Part shown: positions 19,089 to 27,807 of the stretch, in pieces
Layout of the letters: each line of letters begins with the position of its first letter
Numbering within the stretch: the stretch's first letter is position 1
Source of the DNA: a virus
Direction: 5' to 3' (one strand)
DNA length: 64,000 nt
Virus record (IMG/VR): IMGVR_UViG_3300042880_000321
Span: 4,944 to 68,943 of that record
Notes under the pieces: generated by a model
Told to the model about the DNA's origin: nothing
The model's database searches: none
Seen by the model: the letters and a program-made list of their open reading frames with translations, nothing else
Program-made: the position numbers and the translations under genes

Positions 19089-21561
19089 AGCGGATCGCCT
19101 GCTATTAGAAAATTTACTTAGACAAGATGGCGCTGCGCCTCCTACTCGTCCACGCGGCGATAGCGAGATAGAGGTAGCGGTAGACGAGAACGAATACTGG
19201 GCAAAGCCGCCTGCTGGTTCCGGTATTCCGGGTGCCGTGTCTGTCGGAGGCACAGTGACGCCCTCCGGAGTCTATTGCGCCATCTACAAGCGGAGACTAG
19301 GCGAACCGAATCTAGTTCAGATGAAGTACCCGGACAATACTCCGGTACTTCGCCCCGTCTACAACTATTCTCCTGTCGGTGTTATGGATATGTCTCCCAT
19401 ATCCCAACACAACGACGGGACTTGGGTTGTAGGAGCTACTCCGGTACGCCCATCCCGCAACTGCGGCTGTTCGGGCTACGGAGTTTGGGTCGCCAACTCT
19501 AATTTGATTTGGGAATGGCCTACCGGTCAGTGCGGTGACGCTACGACTACTGCCGCACCCGGAACTACGGCAGCACCGTCTTCAACAACAACGACTACTA
19601 GCCTTCCTGTTCCTACGACGCCTAGTTCGTATTGCCAAGACTATCGGTGCATGCTGGTATGCGGCACACCGTCGCCGCCTACGGCGGCCCCTACGACCAC
19701 AGGAAGCGGAACAACCAGCGAAGCCCCTCCGACTACTACATTCGCTCCCGGATTGATCTACTACTTAGCGTCAGGAGCATCCTGTCCTGGTGGCTGTACC
19801 TGCTACGGTTTAGGAGATCCTTGTTGGGAAGAAGCGGCGGAAGTGTTATCTGTCTGCGGCGGAGTCATTACTACGCTTCCTCCGACTACCTGGAATCCGT
19901 CCGATACTGCCTGCCAGTGGGCGGTAACGGCTATCGGAACTATCCCGCCGCTCACGCGGCGATACGCCCATAAGATGCCGGATGAGGCATGGGCACTATG
20001 CGGCCCGACGCTCACATCCTACGGTGAGATCTATCCGCTCGGGTTCGATCAAGCCGGCTACCAGAAGCACAATAATCAAGATAAAGTAGGTATCTACCAA
20101 ACCGGTTACGTCTTGATGGCAGCGAAACACAGTGCCGTCACCGACAAGAAGCTAATCTACGCCATGTCCTATTCAGGACAAACGGCTAGTTGGTCAGGTA
20201 GCCCATACATCATCACAGATGCCGCCACCGGCACTTACCGAGTCTATTGGGAATCCACAGGCGAATCTTTACGGCCCATCGGGCACCATGTGCCTCCGGT
20301 ATGGCTACCCCAAAGCCCATCCGCCGACTACCTCAAAAGTGTTGGGATCACGCAAATCAATTCATCCGTCTACGCCTTTGACGCCAGCTTCGCAGGCGAA
20401 GGGCGATACGGCGATGAGGTATTAGCGGAAGGGTTCCTACAGACGCCGGTGCTTACTCAGCCGCAGTTAGCGAGACACGCTACCGTGTCGAGCCCAGGTA
20501 ATTGCGGCTTCGTGCGTCCTGATTTCTGTCCTACTGCCGCCGGTGAATGCTGGGTAGGTCCGTGTGCTCCCGGCGCTAACCACCTGACTCCTACCGATCA
20601 GATTTGTTTCCTAGATAAGTGGCCTAGAGGTACGACTACTGGCGGTCCTTACTTAAATCCATGCGTAGACGTAGACGGTAATATTTGCAACTGCCCTACG
20701 ACCTTCCCGCCCGCTGCTACGTCGGCGTGTCCGCCGACTACTTCCCTCGGGCCGGTGCCGTGTGCCGGTTACTGTGAGTACCTAAGTGACGGTATCCGAT
20801 GGAACTTGACGAAGCCGGGATGCTCTAGTGAGCTTTCGTGGTGTGGGTGCGCTCAGCCTAGCTGCGAAGTCGCAGCACCTAATTCTAAAACTTACACCCT
20901 GTGCTACGATACCAGGACACCGACTACCTCTGCCCCGACGTGCAAATGTTGCACGCCGACAACCACTATCGGTCCTACCTGCTCCCATTCGCTCTGTCAT
21001 TACGAAGTATCCGCAGGTAAATGGACGCTAGTTACGGCCAAAGGCACCTGTCCGCCTGAATGCCCTTGCCCTGAACCGGAAACCCTGTTACCGCCAATCC
21101 ACTCTTGTAGCAAACTAAAGCTGAGGTGCGGACCCGCACCAGATTACCGGGAAATCAAAGTCGATTTCATCGACTGGATAGAGGAAACCGACGCTAAGTC
21201 GCCTTTCTTCGGTAAGAAGAAAGCACGCGGGACCGTATTCTGGGCGACCAATGTGAAGTTGCTTGGCAAGACGGTAACTATGTACGATCATTGGTGTATC
21301 CTAGATTTACCTAGCGATGATCTAGTAAATTTCAGAATGATTGCATCGTGGGGAGTCACCGAATCTACAGCGTGTAACGCTGCCCCTGGCGATCCGACTC
21401 CGTTTCACTGGTCGCTAACTGACCGATGCTGTGACGCATCGCCAGAAGCAGCGGCGACATATGATGGAGGAAGTCCTGGTGACTCTATGATCGCCGGCCC
21501 AGACGGCGGTGCTCCTGATTCCGCTATGGACGGAGATAATATCAACGGGGGAAGCCCATGA
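19066..21561 (+). CDS. Cys-rich, Thr/Pro-rich (mucin-like) tail-region protein with C-terminal DGG repeats
   Basis: About 44 Cys by manual count, in repeated modules separated by TTT/PP linkers. Confidence 0.7.
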   Translation: MKTYRLSEADRLLLENLLRQDGAAPPTRPRGDSEIEVAVDENEYWAKPPAGSGIPGAVSVGGTVTPSGVYCAIYKRRLGEPNLVQMKYPDNTPVLRPVYNYSPVGVMDMSPISQHNDGTWVVGATPVRPSRNCGCSGYGVWVANSNLIWEWPTGQCGDATTTAAPGTTAAPSSTTTTTSLPVPTTPSSYCQDYRCMLVCGTPSPPTAAPTTTGSGTTSEAPPTTTFAPGLIYYLASGASCPGGCTCYGLGDPCWEEAAEVLSVCGGVITTLPPTTWNPSDTACQWAVTAIGTIPPLTRRYAHKMPDEAWALCGPTLTSYGEIYPLGFDQAGYQKHNNQDKVGIYQTGYVLMAAKHSAVTDKKLIYAMSYSGQTASWSGSPYIITDAATGTYRVYWESTGESLRPIGHHVPPVWLPQSPSADYLKSVGITQINSSVYAFDASFAGEGRYGDEVLAEGFLQTPVLTQPQLARHATVSSPGNCGFVRPDFCPTAAGECWVGPCAPGANHLTPTDQICFLDKWPRGTTTGGPYLNPCVDVDGNICNCPTTFPPAATSACPPTTSLGPVPCAGYCEYLSDGIRWNLTKPGCSSELSWCGCAQPSCEVAAPNSKTYTLCYDTRTPTTSAPTCKCCTPTTTIGPTCSHSLCHYEVSAGKWTLVTAKGTCPPECPCPEPETLLPPIHSCSKLKLRCGPAPDYREIKVDFIDWIEETDAKSPFFGKKKARGTVFWATNVKLLGKTVTMYDHWCILDLPSDDLVNFRMIASWGVTESTACNAAPGDPTPFHWSLTDRCCDASPEAAATYDGGSPGDSMIAGPDGGAPDSAMDGDNINGGSP

Positions 21562-22142
21562 GCACGAAGCGATGTTGCTGTGAATGCCCTCTAATAGCTA
21601 AACCGTGGAGACGGGCTAGCCTGAACTTCCTGGGAATGGATTTCGAAGTCGAATTTCCGGAAGAACCGAACGAGGCTTGCTGCCAGCAAGAGATTAGCGT
21701 TTGTAAGGATATCGGGCCGATGTTCATCGGCGATTGTTATTCGGGTCTGGATATCGCATACGGCTATTGGTATGAGGATATGTCTCCATATCTAGCCATT
21801 CCGCCAGGAACTCCTTGGTGTGATTGGCCTTTAGTTGTGGTGCCCAACACAGCGGTTGATTCCTGCTGTGGGTCTTGGAATTGGAGGGCTGAGCAATATT
21901 GGCGATGGCGGATTCGGTTTTGGGTATGGATTCAGGCTAGAGTTAAGTTCATTATTTGCTACTGCCGCACAGAAGACGGGAAACCGGGCTATCGAATGCG
22001 CATTGAGATCGATTGGAAAATGATACGGATAACCAACCGTTCTGAGCTACAGAAGATAAGATGGCGTAAGTACACTCGCGTTTGTTGCGAAGAATCTGGT
22101 GGCGGTGGCGGCACCACTACCGAAGCTCCTCCCCCTCCATAA
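21558..22142 (+). CDS. Cys/Trp-rich tail-region protein
   Basis: Starts RCCCEC; ATGA-coupled; ends GGGGGTTTEAPPPP. Confidence 0.65.
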   Translation: MSTKRCCCECPLIAKPWRRASLNFLGMDFEVEFPEEPNEACCQQEISVCKDIGPMFIGDCYSGLDIAYGYWYEDMSPYLAIPPGTPWCDWPLVVVPNTAVDSCCGSWNWRAEQYWRWRIRFWVWIQARVKFIICYCRTEDGKPGYRMRIEIDWKMIRITNRSELQKIRWRKYTRVCCEESGGGGGTTTEAPPPP

Positions 22143-22159
22143 AGCGTAGCAGAGTATTT

Positions 22160-23374
22160 ATGAGCTGTAGTGGTAATTGCCTTGCATATTGGGACGGTGT
22201 CGGGTGGTCGATAGAGCTAGGCACTGAATGCGATAGTCTCTGCCAGTGTTTTCCCTCCGGCACGCCGGAGATCGGCACCTATAGTTTTCCTTGTCTAAGC
22301 ACAGAGACGACGACACCGGCTCCTACGACTACACCGGCTCCCACGACGACGCCGGAGGCGACGACTACACCGGCTCCCACGACGACGCCGGAGGCGACGA
22401 CTACACCGGCTCCCACGACGACGCCGGAGGCGACGACTACACCGGCTCCTACGACGACGCCGGAGGCGACGACTACTGAGACTCCCACTACGACGCCGGA
22501 GGCGACGACTACTGAGACTCCCACTACGACGCCGGAGGCGACGACTACTGAGACTCCCACGACGACGGCTACGCCGACGACGACACCGGCTCCCACTACG
22601 ACCGAAGAGCCCTGGACGACTACTTCTACAACCACGACAACAAAACCCCCGACGACGCCGGAGGCGACGACTACTGAGACTCCTACTACCCAGCCACCGA
22701 CTACCCAGCCACCGACTACCCAGCCACCGACTACCCAGCCACCGACTACCCAGCCACCGACTACACCACCGGGCGGGACTACGACTTGTGAGCCGGGCTC
22801 ACAAGTCTGCGTAGCAGAACCACCAGAACCAGCATGGATCGATTTAAGCGGCGACTTTGTGCCGCCCGAACCTTTCCTATGGTGGCCGGTACTAAGTGGC
22901 CCTGCGGGTTGCACAACCCGACCGGCCTTTAGTCCTACGTTTGCTCCTGCGTGCATCGGGGATTGCCCAGAAATCCCATTAGTTCCTGGATGCTTAGACT
23001 CTCTACCCTACCAAGTAGAGAACTATTGTGACATAGAACAGACAAACACTTGTTTAGGTTTAAGTGATTTTTTCCGAGGGCATCGTTGGACGATCAACGG
23101 GTACTCAGGGAGAGGATCGACTGTCATCGGCGGCGAGGGCGGGGTCTGGGAGTCAGGCGTCATAGCCTTGACTCCTAACTGCGAGGAAGACGTAGGGGCT
23201 AATCCTATGGTTATCCGAGTATCGCGACCGGCACAAGAAATAATCCTGTCCACGGGTGAGAACTGCCACGATGTCTACGGCAACACACAAGGACCGGTCA
23301 AACTAGTATTACCCACCATCATACCCGTATGCGTCGTCCGCGATGGGACGACTTCAGGCCCATGTCCAGTCTAG
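22160..23374 (+). CDS. mucin-like protein: 6-Cys module, TTTPAP/TTTPEA/TTQPP repeats, Cys-rich C-terminal domain
   Basis: Likely start MSCSGNC at 22160; about 160 aa of Thr/Pro repeats. Confidence 0.75.
   Translation: MSCSGNCLAYWDGVGWSIELGTECDSLCQCFPSGTPEIGTYSFPCLSTETTTPAPTTTPAPTTTPEATTTPAPTTTPEATTTPAPTTTPEATTTPAPTTTPEATTTETPTTTPEATTTETPTTTPEATTTETPTTTATPTTTPAPTTTEEPWTTTSTTTTTKPPTTPEATTTETPTTQPPTTQPPTTQPPTTQPPTTQPPTTPPGGTTTCEPGSQVCVAEPPEPAWIDLSGDFVPPEPFLWWPVLSGPAGCTTRPAFSPTFAPACIGDCPEIPLVPGCLDSLPYQVENYCDIEQTNTCLGLSDFFRGHRWTINGYSGRGSTVIGGEGGVWESGVIALTPNCEEDVGANPMVIRVSRPAQEIILSTGENCHDVYGNTQGPVKLVLPTIIPVCVVRDGTTSGPCPV
22305..22790 (+). repeat. coding tandem repeat array (18-bp units, then 15-bp units)
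   Basis: ACGACTACACCGGCTCCC / ACGACGACGCCGGAGGCG units; CAGCCACCGACTACC five times from 22691. Confidence 0.95.
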
Positions 23375-23730
23375 ATGATTACGTTCGCGGTAAACTAGGA
23401 AACCGAGCTAGGGTATCCGAAGAGATTTATGTTGAGTCTCCGGCACCGGCTTCGCCGGTGATGGGGGAACTTGGGCCGGTGCTGTGGAGAGAGTTATTTC
23501 TGGCTGTGTTTACACAGCAGGAATTCGAGGCTTGGAAATCGCGCGTACCTCGTTACGGCTGTGCGTGCTCTAGCTTTTTAGGTGTTTGGCTAAAGTTAAA
23601 CCGGCCTACGTTTCCGTTACCTTTCTCTTTTAAGTGGGCATTAAAAAACGCGGTAAACCAGAAGCTCGGTCAGCGGATGCTGACCTTGGAAGCGGCACAA
23701 GAATACTGGTCAACCCAAACATTGACGTAG
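23362..23730 (+). CDS. divergent Erv1/ALR-like sulfhydryl oxidase
   Basis: GPVLWRELF ... PRYGCACSSF ... WALKNAVNQKLG..LTLEAAQEYW matches the Erv order GPxxWxxxH, CxxC..F, HNxVNxxLG. It has CxC instead of CxxC and both His are replaced. Confidence 0.6.
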   Translation: MSSLDDYVRGKLGNRARVSEEIYVESPAPASPVMGELGPVLWRELFLAVFTQQEFEAWKSRVPRYGCACSSFLGVWLKLNRPTFPLPFSFKWALKNAVNQKLGQRMLTLEAAQEYWSTQTLT

Positions 23731-23750
23731 GCTGGGACATTAGCTATACT
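23722..23750 (+). promoter_or_regulatory. sigma70-like promoter for the glycosyltransferase gene
   Basis: TTGACG-17 bp-TATACT, followed by AAGGA before the ATG at 23783. Confidence 0.75.
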
Positions 23751-23782
23751 GATCCTTTCTACTTCTACAACAAGGATAGCTT

Positions 23783-25807
23783 ATGCCTAAAATAACTTGC
23801 GCCATGGCCACATTCGACGATTTTCACGGATGTTGGGCAACGATACAGTCTCTACGTATGTATCAGGATATGGAAGATGTGGAGATTGTCGTGCTCGACA
23901 ACAATCCAAAAGGGCCACACGGCCAAGACCTACGGAATCTCGTTAACAATTCACAGAACGCTTCTGTTCCTATTCGTTACCACGAATTTGCAAATAGCGT
24001 CGGCACGTCGGCTACTCGGCACAAGTTGTTCGAATTGGCCGAATCTCCATTTGTGATTATCCTAGACTGCCACGTTCTCCTGAAAGCCGGTGCCATCGCC
24101 AAGATGAAGCAGTTCTGGGAGTCTGCGGACGCCGACATGCAAAAGAATCTCTTCACCGGGCCTCTGCTCATGGACTGTATGCAACACCATCAGACCCACT
24201 TCGAGTGCAAATGGCGTGCCGAAATGTGGGGGACGTGGACTGCTGCGTGGAGAAAAGAAGGAAAATATTGGATCGCCCAGGAAGCCGAAAACGGCACCAA
24301 AGTCCAAATGCGAGAACTCCTAACCGGTAAACTCGGTTTTGAGTTCAAGCATCCGTGGTCCGGTCACGAGCACGCAGCGAAGAAGCTCGGCTTCGAGTTG
24401 GCCGGTTGGGGTGACGATAATGATATCTTCGAGGTGCCGGCACAAGGGCTTGGTATGTTCGCTGCCGCGAAAGAACACTGGTTAGGGTTTAACCCACACC
24501 ATAAACACTTTGGAGGTGAGGAGTGTTACATCCACGAAAAGTACCGGCAAGCCGGTAGGAAGACCTATTGCCTACCTTGGATGGCATGGCAGCACCGATT
24601 CGGTCGCCCCGAGGGACCACGGTATCCGATTACCCGCGAAGGAAAGATGCGGAACTACGTGCTTGAGTTCCAAGAGCTAGGGCTTGACCTAGAGCCAATT
24701 CGGCACCACTTCATCGATGAGATCAAACTCAAGCCGGAGTTATGGGATAAGCTAATCGCTGATCCCATTAACTTTGACCCCTATTCTGGGTGGGCGGCCA
24801 ACACCGCCCCCGAAACCATGAAGCCAGTATTGAAGTCGAATTTCGGTATGCCGTTACCGTTAAACATCGACGATCTTAACAGCATGGCAGTTGAGATTTC
24901 CGCTAATAAGCGGGATCTAGAAAACCACTTCCAGAAGTTCTACGAATACGGCGGACTGTGCAGTTCGGCATTAGAAATCAGCAAGCGTCGTGAAACGACG
25001 ATGTGGCTGGCTGCTGCCTTGGTTCAGGGAGCCAAACGCTGTGATCGCACTAAGTGCGATAAGGAGAAGTGCGATAAGCAATGCCGGATGCCTCGGCTAG
25101 TGTCGTATCAAGCGGAGCGAGATACGCTCCTGCAATTGATCGCAGAAGCCGTCGAAGGCAAACTTCAGTACACGGATGTTGATAATCCAATCACCAATCC
25201 AGTGCCGAAGGTAGAAGGTAGGTTTGATTGTCTGTATATTCACTCCCGGCATACCTTCGCCGACTTGTCGGCGCAGTTGGCTGAATTCGGTCCCCGAATC
25301 GATAAGTACATCATGCTTAACGGTACTTCTGGTAGCGGAGGATCCGGCATCAAAGGCGAGGATGGAAAGACGCCATCGATGCTACATGCCATCAAGATGT
25401 TCGTCAAGACGAACCCAGAATGGTTTGTCGTCTATCATACGGAAGCCCAGTATGGTATGACGGTGCTGTCTAGGGTGCAAGAGGACCGTGGAACGGTCAT
25501 TACGCCTTGGCCGATGACGGATGATAACGGGGTTGCATGTGGTCCCGGCGCAGAGCTTAAAAAGATCCTAAAAACGATAGGCATCGAGTCTACTGCTGAT
25601 TGCGCCTGCAACCGACATGCGGCTAAGATGGACGCAGACGGGCCTGATCTATGCGAGAAAAACATAGAAGAAATCCTCGATACTTTGAAGAAGGAAGCTG
25701 ATAACCGGGGACTGGGAGCAGTCTATGTTAAACCATTCGTCAAGATGGCAGTCATGCGAGCTATTAAGAAAGCTCGCAAAAAGATTGCTTCCGGTGAGTG
25801 TGGTTAG
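23783..25807 (+). CDS. GT2-like glycosyltransferase fused to a degenerate SAM-methyltransferase-like domain and a C-terminal CxC domain
   Basis: EIVVLDN, IILDCHV and GF.P....FGGEE in the N-terminal half; FDCLYIHSRHT..L..QL...KYI resembles Methyltransf_24; C-terminus GPGAELKKIL..GI..DCAC. Confidence 0.75.
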   Translation: MPKITCAMATFDDFHGCWATIQSLRMYQDMEDVEIVVLDNNPKGPHGQDLRNLVNNSQNASVPIRYHEFANSVGTSATRHKLFELAESPFVIILDCHVLLKAGAIAKMKQFWESADADMQKNLFTGPLLMDCMQHHQTHFECKWRAEMWGTWTAAWRKEGKYWIAQEAENGTKVQMRELLTGKLGFEFKHPWSGHEHAAKKLGFELAGWGDDNDIFEVPAQGLGMFAAAKEHWLGFNPHHKHFGGEECYIHEKYRQAGRKTYCLPWMAWQHRFGRPEGPRYPITREGKMRNYVLEFQELGLDLEPIRHHFIDEIKLKPELWDKLIADPINFDPYSGWAANTAPETMKPVLKSNFGMPLPLNIDDLNSMAVEISANKRDLENHFQKFYEYGGLCSSALEISKRRETTMWLAAALVQGAKRCDRTKCDKEKCDKQCRMPRLVSYQAERDTLLQLIAEAVEGKLQYTDVDNPITNPVPKVEGRFDCLYIHSRHTFADLSAQLAEFGPRIDKYIMLNGTSGSGGSGIKGEDGKTPSMLHAIKMFVKTNPEWFVVYHTEAQYGMTVLSRVQEDRGTVITPWPMTDDNGVACGPGAELKKILKTIGIESTADCACNRHAAKMDADGPDLCEKNIEEILDTLKKEADNRGLGAVYVKPFVKMAVMRAIKKARKKIASGECG

Positions 25808-26334
25808 AGATCTTCTTTCTTATATCGGAGATCGAGCAGCAATTGCTGCTCATCTCCAAACTCAAACTGGTTGTCGTTACACAGTCGCCCGTAAACCGCA
25901 AACTCTTCTATCCTATCAATAGCTCGTAACGCGATCCCGTCGCTGACAACATCTCCGACGTTCCAACCGCGAATACGGCAGACTTCCGCCGAACTGATAT
26001 TGTAAGCATCTGCGATTACCGTAGGGTTATCCGCATCGATCAAATAGACCGGCTTGCCGGTCTTCATAAAAGACGCCTGGAACGGCATAGGAAACCCTCC
26101 GTAGGCTATCCCTACTACAACATCTATATCCTTTGCAATAGTGAATGTGAGTTCAAAAGGATGCACTTCGTACCGATTCCGTAAATGCCCTTTAGCTACG
26201 TCTTTCATTCCGGCTAAGTGATAGACGGTTTTGATCTTATCGGCGAACGGCAGCGAAGCAAAGGCCGCCGTCGTGGCGGCCACTTGCTGCTTGAACGGTA
26301 GATTGCAGATATTGCCGGTTAGCAGGATTTTCAC
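25804..26334 (-). CDS. hypothetical protein (possible degenerate SLOG/YspA-like N-terminus)
   Basis: MKILLTG start and GKPV; only a weak resemblance. Confidence 0.45.
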   Translation of the reverse strand: MKILLTGNICNLPFKQQVAATTAAFASLPFADKIKTVYHLAGMKDVAKGHLRNRYEVHPFELTFTIAKDIDVVVGIAYGGFPMPFQASFMKTGKPVYLIDADNPTVIADAYNISSAEVCRIRGWNVGDVVSDGIALRAIDRIEEFAVYGRLCNDNQFEFGDEQQLLLDLRYKKEDL

Positions 26335-26774
26335 TTGTCTAATCCCTTTAGCTTCCGGTATACAGCCATCTCTCCGGAGGTGAGACGACGAATATTAGTA
26401 GGCACGACTAGACTACTCGTAGTCCATGCGTCCTTGCCGTCCACGTAAATGCTAGGCTCCTCGCCTCGGTTGTACCCAGCGAAGTATCTACGATACCAAG
26501 TGCCGCAAGCTAATTGAACCATGACCGGTTCTCCGGTTACGAACTTCGGCTCCGGCCTAGCCGGATTCGGCCAGTCTTCCGGCTTCACTTCGTTGTGGAA
26601 CAACGTAGGAAGAACGTCATTGGATCGTTCCTTGCCGTCTTCGGTGTAGGTAATAGTAACTGACCTGGGAAATTCTGCGATTAGCGGATAACATACGCTT
26701 GGACCCCGCCTCTCAATTTCTCCCCACCCATACTGAGGACTCCAAACCTTATCCCCTACTTCAAATTTACTCAC
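26331..26774 (-). CDS. hypothetical phage protein
   Basis: FEVGDKVW-type start; coupled. Confidence 0.6.
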   Translation of the reverse strand: MSKFEVGDKVWSPQYGWGEIERRGPSVCYPLIAEFPRSVTITYTEDGKERSNDVLPTLFHNEVKPEDWPNPARPEPKFVTGEPVMVQLACGTWYRRYFAGYNRGEEPSIYVDGKDAWTTSSLVVPTNIRRLTSGEMAVYRKLKGLDK

Positions 26775-27508
26775 TTCATACCTCCTCGAAAAATAGAAGC
26801 CATCTCATAAATGCTTTTCATAACAGCACTATAGCCCGGTTTCACCGGGCCAGTGACCCGAGCTTCCGGAATTTCCCGATATTTCCAGACGCCTGCGTCA
26901 ATATGTCCGGATGAATGGTTGTCACCGGTAGCTTCCCAGTTGTAGATATAGCTAGGATACTTCTGTTGCTTAGGACCGCCGAAGCGGTCTTGTAGCCGTT
27001 GGAGGAAATGCGTATCGAAGTCCGCTCGCAGGGTATCTTGGTTCAGATACCCTCCGATCTCCTCTAAGGCATCAGTGCGGTACGCACTACTCGCCCAGAA
27101 GCGACCGCCGGATTGCTCTATCTGCATCCGTCCGCCCCAGGACGAGAACACCTCCTTCGGATACGACCACGGGTGATCCTTTAGGATCGCTGCGTGCTGG
27201 GAGAGATGGTCCGGTAGGTATCCGTCGTCATCGTCCATGACGCAGACGTAATCGTAGTGCAGCCCTACACTGTTGAAGCCTAGATCATACTTCGCCATCA
27301 AGGAGGGTGCTCGCATTGCCATAGGCTCGAAAAATACTGCCCTGCCCTTTACATCCATCATCGCTTTATCCGGCAGTGGATTCACCCGGTCGTCTACGAC
27401 GACCAAGGTAGCCGGGCCGTCGTAATCCTGATCGTAGAATGCCTGAATCAAGGATTCCAGCCATTCTTGGCGATGGTTGTAAACTGCCGTCAAACATAAG
27501 AAGCTCAT
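26771..27508 (-). CDS. GT2-family glycosyltransferase
   Basis: TAVYN, QDY, VVVDD, MDDDDGYLPDHL and IGGY motifs. Confidence 0.8.
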   Translation of the reverse strand: MSFLCLTAVYNHRQEWLESLIQAFYDQDYDGPATLVVVDDRVNPLPDKAMMDVKGRAVFFEPMAMRAPSLMAKYDLGFNSVGLHYDYVCVMDDDDGYLPDHLSQHAAILKDHPWSYPKEVFSSWGGRMQIEQSGGRFWASSAYRTDALEEIGGYLNQDTLRADFDTHFLQRLQDRFGGPKQQKYPSYIYNWEATGDNHSSGHIDAGVWKYREIPEARVTGPVKPGYSAVMKSIYEMASIFRGGMK

Positions 27509-27807
27509 AAATACTTTTCTTTCAATAGGGTCGCGTTGATGCTTTCCAGCAAGGTGCCGGTAGCCGGAACCTTGATGCCGAGTCCTTCAAACCCGTTCAC
27601 ATCGAGCGGATTGAAGATTGGTTCGTTGCGAGATGCCCGTAGCCGGTAGACTTCTACCCTAGCCTTGCTGCCGGGTATCGTGTCTGTGGGTTCCTGGTAC
27701 AGAGGCAGCTCCTCGCTGCCGATTGTACCGAACACTAGCAAGGCTTCCGCCTTGCTGGCTGGGATATGCCGTTGGTGTGTAGGTAGGAAATCGTGATGCG
27801 TTGGCAT
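27505..27807 (-). CDS. hypothetical protein of a family I associate with Planctomycetota
   Basis: PTDTIPGSKARVEVYRLRASRNEPIFNPLD pattern, recognised from memory. Confidence 0.55.
   Translation of the reverse strand: MPTHHDFLPTHQRHIPASKAEALLVFGTIGSEELPLYQEPTDTIPGSKARVEVYRLRASRNEPIFNPLDVNGFEGLGIKVPATGTLLESINATLLKEKYL

Noticed and set aside
22305-22790. CRISPR-like array
   Set aside because: Units are contiguous, in frame and have no unique spacers; it is a coding repeat.
22279-22956. 225-aa Val/Gly-rich minus-strand ORF
   Set aside because: It is the antisense shadow of the Thr/Pro repeat array.
23783-27508. DNA hypermodification (glucosylation) role for the glycosyltransferases
   Set aside because: No hydroxymethylase, TET/JBP or modified-base synthesis genes are recognisable in the window. 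Disfavoured rather than excluded.
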